49,547 nucleotides of DNA from an uncultured Verrucomicrobiales bacterium (lineage in GTDB: Bacteria > Verrucomicrobiota > Verrucomicrobiia > Limisphaerales > UBA1100), in contig CAJWKQ010000001.1 in the NCBI GenBank assembly GCA_913041895.1, positions 1 through 49,547 of the forward strand, given 5' to 3'. Each line of letters starts with the position of its first letter. Position 1 is the first letter of the stretch. The translations under genes were made by a program, and so were the position numbers. Below are positions 43,894 to 49,547 of this stretch, piece by piece. The notes beneath the pieces were generated by a model. It saw only the letters and a program-made list of their open reading frames with translations. It was not told the origin of the DNA and did not search any database.

Positions 43894-44877
43894 ATGCCGG
43901 CCGAGTGGGAACCTCATATCGGAACGTGGCTAACATGGCCTCGACCTGAATGCATTAGTTTCCCCGATATTTATGAACGCATCCCGCCGGTGATGGCGAA
44001 AATGGTACGCGCACTATCCGCGGGAGAAAAGGTGTTCATTAATGTTTGGGATAGTGAAATGGAGGATCAAGTCCGAAAGCAGCTAGAAAAAAACCATGCT
44101 CTAAACAACGATGTAGAATTTTACCATCACCAAGCCTATGAACCTTGGTGCAGAGACCACGGGCCGATATTCGTAAAAAACAAAAGTAACCGAGCAGTTA
44201 TTAACTGGAGATATAATGCTTGGGGAAATAAATATCCACCTTACAACTTGGATAACCTTATTCCTGAGCAGATCGCCAAAACCCGTGGAATCGAATGTTA
44301 CGATGGAGGAATGATACTTGAAGGAGGTTCAATTGAAGTTAATGGAGCCGGAACCCTAATCACCACTGAGAGCTGTCTGCTTAATCAAAATCGAAATCCA
44401 GAACTTTCGCGCCATCAAATTGAGGATCAATTATGCAAGATGTTGGGTGTATCCAATATCATTTGGCTGGGAGAAGGCATCGTCGGAGATGATACTGATG
44501 GACACATTGATAACATGACGCGATTTATTGATGCCCACACCGTTTTGACTACTGTCGAAGAAAATGCTCAAGACATCAATTACGCACCTCTGAAGGCCAA
44601 TTTAGGACGACTCCAAAAAACCGGCTTAAACATCATTAAACTTCCCATGCCCGAACCCGTCACATTCAGAGGCCAACGACTCCCGGCAAGTTATGCCAAT
44701 TTTTACATAGGTAATTCAGTCGTTCTCCTTCCAACTTTCCAGCAACCCAAAGATAAACTGGCAGCTAACATACTTGGCAAAGCCTTCCCCGACCGTGAGA
44801 TCGTAGCAATTGATTCGACTGATTTAATCTGGGGTCAGGGTTCTTTCCATTGCCTCACGCAGCAGGAACCGGATTAA
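43894..44877 (+). CDS. aguA: agmatine deiminase (PAD_porph family)
   Basis: The N-terminus is MPAEWEPHIGTWLTWP and the catalytic Cys motif GSFHCLTQQEP lies at the C-terminus. The ORF track start (43822) overlaps the AKR gene, so I prefer the ATG at 43894. Confidence 0.88.
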   Translation: MPAEWEPHIGTWLTWPRPECISFPDIYERIPPVMAKMVRALSAGEKVFINVWDSEMEDQVRKQLEKNHALNNDVEFYHHQAYEPWCRDHGPIFVKNKSNRAVINWRYNAWGNKYPPYNLDNLIPEQIAKTRGIECYDGGMILEGGSIEVNGAGTLITTESCLLNQNRNPELSRHQIEDQLCKMLGVSNIIWLGEGIVGDDTDGHIDNMTRFIDAHTVLTTVEENAQDINYAPLKANLGRLQKTGLNIIKLPMPEPVTFRGQRLPASYANFYIGNSVVLLPTFQQPKDKLAANILGKAFPDREIVAIDSTDLIWGQGSFHCLTQQEPD

Positions 44878-44953
44878 ACTCACTATAAATCCAGCTCATT
44901 TTTGGAATCGAATTGCCTTGCAGCAAAGCAGGTCGGCTGGGTTCAATTCGCCC

Positions 44954-45802
44954 ATGAGTTCGGTAGATCAATTCGCCAGTGTTTTCAATGCCGCTACTAA
45001 AACGATATTTCAACACAAACCCCCTGTATTCAATAACGCCCTTACGGTGACAGACCTCGCCAAGGAGGCTGCTGATAAATATACAGAGACTTCAAAATCA
45101 TTTTTTTCTTCAGTGAAGGCAACTTGGGAATCGATCGGGCAGGAGGATTTTAATTCAGTAAAAGAACTGCTAGATATCGTAGAACAAAGGAAACCTGATC
45201 TAATCGTTACCTACCGCCATTTATACAGTGAAGCATGGCGGTGGCCACATAGCCTCGGGGAACATCTGGATGTTTTAATTCAGGTAACGGACCCTCCTGT
45301 GGCAATCATGCCTCACCCCGATCGCGAAGGTATACCTGAACATGCCATGAAAAATACTGACAATGTAATTGTCATCAATGATCATCTCACAGGAGAAGAT
45401 TGCCTTATAAATCATGCCGCCTACGTAACACGTCCAAATGGTAATCTTCATTTAACCCACATTGAGAACGGTTCAGTCTTTGAACGTTATATGGAGGTTA
45501 TCAGTAAAATTCCAGAAATCGATACGGACATCGCTCGCGAAACTATACAAGCGCAGCTTTTGAATGAACCATCAGCGTATATTGACTCGGTCGAAGAAGC
45601 TCTTTCGAAAGAGATTCCAGACCTCCAAGTTATTAAGCATATTGCCCAGGGCAAGCAACTCGATGAATACCGAAAAGCCGTTGAACGACACAATGCTGAT
45701 TTAGTTGTCCTGCAGTCACACGATCCAGATCAACAGGCAATGAACGCCACAGCTTATTCTCTGGCCGTAGAACTACGGACTACGCCATTATTAATTGTGT
45801 GA
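44954..45802 (+). CDS. tandem universal-stress-protein-like domain protein (degenerate nucleotide-binding motifs)
   Basis: Two halves both end in USP-like strands (PDLIVTYRH...PPVAIMP and ADLVVLQSHD...TPLLIV), but neither shows a clear G-x2-G-x9-G(S/T) ATP motif. The ORF track starts at a TTG (44918), so I prefer the ATG at 44954. The family assignment is tentative. Confidence 0.5.
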   Translation: MSSVDQFASVFNAATKTIFQHKPPVFNNALTVTDLAKEAADKYTETSKSFFSSVKATWESIGQEDFNSVKELLDIVEQRKPDLIVTYRHLYSEAWRWPHSLGEHLDVLIQVTDPPVAIMPHPDREGIPEHAMKNTDNVIVINDHLTGEDCLINHAAYVTRPNGNLHLTHIENGSVFERYMEVISKIPEIDTDIARETIQAQLLNEPSAYIDSVEEALSKEIPDLQVIKHIAQGKQLDEYRKAVERHNADLVVLQSHDPDQQAMNATAYSLAVELRTTPLLIV

Positions 45803-45814
45803 GGAGGAATTTTC

Positions 45815-47344
45815 ATGAGCGAAGCCACAGAATCTGCACCGTACAAGAAGAAACTCCACAACCCCCTGCACGTCACCATTGTAGCAGTACTGGTAACAGG
45901 ACTGTGCGCCTTTTTGCTGCATAATGACACGGAACAGAAATACGTCTTCGGCATCCTGCTCGCCGTCACTCTTGGCATGCTCGCGCTGGAGAAGATCAAT
46001 AAAGCTATCCTCGTGCTGCTAGGCGCCGGCATCGCGCTACTGCTGGCCACATGGAAAGGAATAATCATCGGCGGAGAAATGCACGATGGGCATTACCTTC
46101 CGACTTATATTCAGATGGTCGATTGGGGTACGATCGGTATTATCATCGGTTCCACCATTTTTGTGGAACTCATTTCCCGCAGCGGCTTGTTCGCTTGGAT
46201 TAGTGTTAAAATCCTAAAAGTCTCCAAGGGTGATCCATTTAAGCTCTTGATTTGTTTCTCCGGACTTACGGTGGTGTTCAGTGCTTTCCTAAACAATGTC
46301 ACCGCCATGATCATTGTGGGCTCACTCACCATTGTGGCCTGCAAGAAACTCAAGCTCTCCGCCATGCCTTTCCTGTTGGCTGAGGGCATCTACACCAATA
46401 TTGGCGGCCTACTGACGCTTATTTCATCCATCCCTAATATCATTGTAGGCACCGCAGCTGGCATCGGCTACACTCAGTTCCTGTTTGTCGCGGGCCCTTA
46501 CTGTATAATTGCCTTTGTGGCTACGCTCTATCTGGTGCGTTGGTTATTCAAGATCAAGCCGCTCACCGACGATACCTCCAAAGCTGAGGCCAATGCAATG
46601 GTCGATGCCTTTGATGAATGGGAAACGGTCAAGGATCGGCGATTCTTTTATCTCTCCGCTATAGTGCTAGGCAGCATCATCCTTGGCTTCGCCCTGCATT
46701 CATCTATTCCTGTGCTCAAAGATATGGGACTCGAGGTAGTAGCCCTAATTGGGGCCACTGTAATGCTAGTGATATACCCAACCGATGTGGAAGGCGTACT
46801 CAATGAAGTGGAATGGACTTTGGTCCTTTTCTTTATTGGTCTCTTTGCCCTACTAGGTGTCATGGGAAAAGCCGATGTGTTGGCAATGATCGGTGAATGG
46901 CTGCAATCACCGCTCAGTTCCGGCTCCTATTCCGGCCCAATAGCCATGATGTGGAGTAGCGCCTTCTTTAGCGGCCTCACCGACAACATCCCACTAGCTG
47001 CCGTACTGGCCAAAGTACTGGGAGGATTTCAAGCTGAAATCCTGAACCCAGAATATACTTGGTTTGCTGATTATGGACACATGCTCTGGTGGGCACTTAT
47101 TTTCGGAGCCGGTCTTGGAGGGAATTTCACACCCATAGGCAGTGCATCTACAGTGGTTGCAATAGGCATTCTTAAGAAGGAAGGCCACAACATCACCTTC
47201 ATGCAATATGTGAAAATAGGTGCCATTGTAGTTCTCGTGCAGCTTGCATTGGCTACCGGCTATCTATTTGGCGCTGAAAAAATAGGCCTAATAAAGAAAC
47301 TAGATCCATCCAAGGTCAAAATTGAACAGACTCCGGAACATTGA
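45815..47344 (+). CDS. ArsB/NhaD-superfamily (SLC13/CitMHS-like) ion permease
   Basis: 509-aa ORF with about 11-13 hydrophobic helices and an internal hydrophilic loop. The pattern (FLNNVTAMII, TDNIPLAAV, GGNFTPIGSAS) is typical of this superfamily. It starts 12 nt after the USP-like gene. Confidence 0.75.
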   Translation: MSEATESAPYKKKLHNPLHVTIVAVLVTGLCAFLLHNDTEQKYVFGILLAVTLGMLALEKINKAILVLLGAGIALLLATWKGIIIGGEMHDGHYLPTYIQMVDWGTIGIIIGSTIFVELISRSGLFAWISVKILKVSKGDPFKLLICFSGLTVVFSAFLNNVTAMIIVGSLTIVACKKLKLSAMPFLLAEGIYTNIGGLLTLISSIPNIIVGTAAGIGYTQFLFVAGPYCIIAFVATLYLVRWLFKIKPLTDDTSKAEANAMVDAFDEWETVKDRRFFYLSAIVLGSIILGFALHSSIPVLKDMGLEVVALIGATVMLVIYPTDVEGVLNEVEWTLVLFFIGLFALLGVMGKADVLAMIGEWLQSPLSSGSYSGPIAMMWSSAFFSGLTDNIPLAAVLAKVLGGFQAEILNPEYTWFADYGHMLWWALIFGAGLGGNFTPIGSASTVVAIGILKKEGHNITFMQYVKIGAIVVLVQLALATGYLFGAEKIGLIKKLDPSKVKIEQTPEH

Positions 47345-47380
47345 CCAAAGCTACTTTTCCTGCTAGAAAAGGGCTGAACA

Positions 47381-47464
47381 ATGCCTAACCTACTCGTGCA
47401 GATTTGCGGTTTATTGGGGGTGCCCGTGGCACTCACCGAGGTTTCTGGTCACTGTCGATGTTAG
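47381..47464 (+). CDS. candidate ilvB leader peptide (27 aa, Leu/Val/Ile-rich)
   Basis: An ATG-to-TAG mini-ORF encodes MPNLLVQICGLLGVPVALTEVSGHCRC. Ten of its 27 codons are Leu, Val or Ile. It ends 17 nt before an intrinsic terminator that sits directly upstream of ilvB. The Shine-Dalgarno signal is weak (aaaaggg). Confidence 0.35.
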   Translation: MPNLLVQICGLLGVPVALTEVSGHCRC

Positions 47465-47480
47465 TATGAATTTCGACAAG

Positions 47481-47513
47481 GACCCGCGACCAAAAACGGT
47501 CGTGGGTCTTTTT
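47481..47513 (+). terminator. intrinsic terminator / candidate attenuator upstream of ilvB
   Basis: The sequence is GACCCGCGACC-AAAAAC-GGTCGTGGGTC-TTTTT, an 11-bp stem with one G-U pair. It lies 137 nt after the permease stop and 37 nt before the ilvB start. Confidence 0.8.
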
Positions 47514-47549
47514 ATTGCAACCGGACAAACTCAATAACTTGAAGCAAGT

Positions 47550-49397
47550 ATGAAAATTAAACCCAGCAAAACAAAAAAGCCTCGCCGAAAACTAGGTAAA
47601 CCTATGAAAGGCTGCGAGATACTTGTAGCCGCGCTGGAGCGTGAAGGTGTAGACACTATTTTCGCCTACCCCGGCGGGGCCAGCATGGAACTCCACCAAG
47701 CTCTTACTTATTCGAAAAAAATCCGCACTATACTGCCCCGGCATGAACAAGGCGGTGCTTTCGCCGCAGAAGGCTATGCCCGCGCCACTGGCAAGGCGGG
47801 TGTATGTATGGCAACCAGTGGACCCGGCGCAACCAATCTTGTTACTGGAATTGCCGACGCGTGGATGGACAGCACGCCATTAGTTGCCCTTACAGGTCAA
47901 GTCCCTCAAGCCATGATTGGAAAAGGTGCATTTCAAGAAACCGATTTCTATGGAATGACATTGGGTATAGTCAAACACAGCTACCTTATCACCGATATTG
48001 CTGAAATCCCGCGAGTTATAAAAGAAGCCTTTTATATCGCTCAAACCGGACGCCCGGGACCAGTGATTATCGATTTTCCAAAAAATATCCAGCAACAAAA
48101 AACCCAACCTATTTGGCCCAACAAAATTGATCTACCCGGCTATCATCCCTGCCCCAAGGCGGAGGATCTGGAACTAAACGAAATAATTGGACTCATCGAA
48201 AAATCAGAAAGGCCCGTCCTTTATGTCGGTGGAGGTATCATAACAGCAAACGCCTCGAAAGAATTACGTTCTTTTTCTGAAGCCACTAAGATTCCGGTGA
48301 CTACAACCATTATGGGTGTGGGAGCATTTCCAGAAAATCACAAACTTTCCCTCCGGTGGCTCGGCATGCATGGGGCCGCCTACGCCAATTGGGCTGTTAG
48401 CGGTGAACTCCGAAAGGATACCAAAGGAAAAATCCGCAAGATTGCCGATGGTGCTGATCTTTTACTCGCCTTTGGAGTACGTTTCGATGACCGAGTTACA
48501 GGGAAGGTAGAAAAATTCTGCGAACACGGCATAATTGTTCATGTTGACCTCGATCGCTCTGAACATAATAAGAACAGGCATGTCCAATTGCCCGTTCACA
48601 GTGAAGTGAAATATGCATTGGGCAAACTCTTGAAGATGGTTAAAGCACGCCCGATCAAGGCGCGGTTTACCAAATGGCATAAACAGATTGCTGAATGGAA
48701 ACAACGCGCACCTTTGGGATATGAGGTCACTAATGAGGTCATGAATTCCTCCCACATGAAAGATCATCTTAAAGGGCAGAAAGATCAGGTCATCCTCCCT
48801 CAGCATGCCATTGCAACACTCTTTAAGGAAAGCAAGGGCAATGCAATTATTACCACTGGCGTAGGTCAACACCAAATGTGGGCTGGCCAACATTACGTAT
48901 ACAAACATCCAAGACAACTCATAACCAGTGCTGGCTTAGGGGCAATGGGTTTCGGGTATCCGGCCGCATTGGGTGTTAAAGTCGCACACCCAAATAAAGA
49001 AGTAGTGGATATTGATGGTGATGGATCTTTCCTGATGAACATTCAAGAATTAGCCACTGCAAAAATAGAGAAAATAAATGCCAAAGCTATAATTTTGAAT
49101 AACCAGCATCTTGGGATGGTGGTACAATGGGAAGACCGCTTTTACAAAGGCAACCGTGGCCACACTTACCTCGGTGATCCAGATAACCCGAAATCCATAT
49201 ACCCAGACTATCCCGCCATGTGTGAAGGTTTTGGTGTTAAGTGTGAACGGGTAATATATAAGAGAGACTTAAAAGCAGCTATGCGACGTATGCTGTCAGC
49301 AAAAGAACCTTACGTACTAGAAGTCATTACCCCATACACAGAACACGTCCTTCCATTTATCCCTGCTGGCCATACTGTTGCAGATATGATCTACTAA
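47550..49397 (+). CDS. ilvB: acetolactate synthase (acetohydroxy-acid synthase) large subunit
   Basis: 615-aa ORF with [44 protein letters not shown] and the ThDP motif [16 protein letters not shown]...[12 protein letters not shown]. An alternative start is the ATG at 47604 (MKGCEIL). Confidence 0.93.
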   Translation: MKIKPSKTKKPRRKLGKPMKGCEILVAALEREGVDTIFAYPGGASMELHQALTYSKKIRTILPRHEQGGAFAAEGYARATGKAGVCMATSGPGATNLVTGIADAWMDSTPLVALTGQVPQAMIGKGAFQETDFYGMTLGIVKHSYLITDIAEIPRVIKEAFYIAQTGRPGPVIIDFPKNIQQQKTQPIWPNKIDLPGYHPCPKAEDLELNEIIGLIEKSERPVLYVGGGIITANASKELRSFSEATKIPVTTTIMGVGAFPENHKLSLRWLGMHGAAYANWAVSGELRKDTKGKIRKIADGADLLLAFGVRFDDRVTGKVEKFCEHGIIVHVDLDRSEHNKNRHVQLPVHSEVKYALGKLLKMVKARPIKARFTKWHKQIAEWKQRAPLGYEVTNEVMNSSHMKDHLKGQKDQVILPQHAIATLFKESKGNAIITTGVGQHQMWAGQHYVYKHPRQLITSAGLGAMGFGYPAALGVKVAHPNKEVVDIDGDGSFLMNIQELATAKIEKINAKAIILNNQHLGMVVQWEDRFYKGNRGHTYLGDPDNPKSIYPDYPAMCEGFGVKCERVIYKRDLKAAMRRMLSAKEPYVLEVITPYTEHVLPFIPAGHTVADMIY

Positions 49398-49402
49398 GAG
49401 AA

Positions 49403-49547
49403 ATGAGGCTAATTTTCCTGATTACTCTTGTCTGTTTTCACACACATACAGCCGGCAACCCTCTGGCGTTAAGTAAACAGAAAATAGGAGAATACCCATC
49501 TGGATTCCAATTGATCCATGTCGGCCCTGGAAAACCAGGAAGCGCAA
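49403..49547 (+). CDS. 5' fragment of an ORF with a signal-peptide-like N-terminus (runs off the window)
   Basis: The ATG at 49403 gives MRLIFLITLVCFHTHTAGNPLALSKQKIGEYPSGFQLIHVGPGKPGSA with no stop before the window ends. It does not resemble IlvN. Only 48 codons are visible. Confidence 0.3.
   Translation, partial: MRLIFLITLVCFHTHTAGNPLALSKQKIGEYPSGFQLIHVGPGKPGSA

Noticed and set aside
1-49547. CRISPR arrays, IS elements, integrases, prophage or toxin-antitoxin/defence modules
   Set aside because: Reading both strands and all intergenic spacers, I saw no direct-repeat arrays, transposase or recombinase motifs, or small paired toxin/antitoxin ORFs. All spacers are 205 nt or shorter (apart from the 257 nt at the window's left edge) and are accounted for above.

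Overview
The window is chromosomal DNA from a diderm bacterium, most likely of the PVC superphylum (Verrucomicrobiota or Planctomycetota). The lineage call rests on family content: a DUF1549/DUF1553 + DUF1501 gene pair, a cytochrome-c/FGE-sulfatase fusion, Tat-signal Gfo/Idh/MocA and xylose-isomerase-like TIM proteins, and a DUF1559-like pseudopilin domain. Most genes are housekeeping: ilvD, dxs, xseA/xseB, trpB/trpF/trpC, prfB (with its programmed +1 frameshift, visible in the sequence), lnt, aguA, ilvB and one tRNA-Pro(GGG). I saw no transposase, integrase, CRISPR array or rRNA. The standout is a roughly 16-kb, eight-gene minus-strand operon (18227-34267). In transcription order it encodes a secreted 790-aa TPR protein, a secreted 2649-aa giant protein (TPR / beta-module / TPR), ExbB, two ExbD paralogues, a GYF-domain single-pass membrane protein sitting where TonB would normally be, a polytopic membrane protein with a DUF4159 domain, and a secreted 536-aa TPR protein. 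Five of the seven junctions have overlapping stop and start codons. No TonB C-terminal domain, TonB-dependent receptor, TolB or Pal is visible in or next to the operon. I read it as an uncharacterised proton-motive-force-driven envelope machine, resembling Tol-Pal/CpoB or Agl-Glt in layout only. Secondary items are a candidate Leu/Val/Ile-rich leader peptide plus intrinsic terminator upstream of ilvB, a pseudopilin-like globular domain fused to a polytopic membrane protein without a prepilin signal, and a HAD / deoxyhypusine-synthase-like / PfkB-kinase operon of unknown pathway. All protein family calls come from motif recognition by eye, not from searches.
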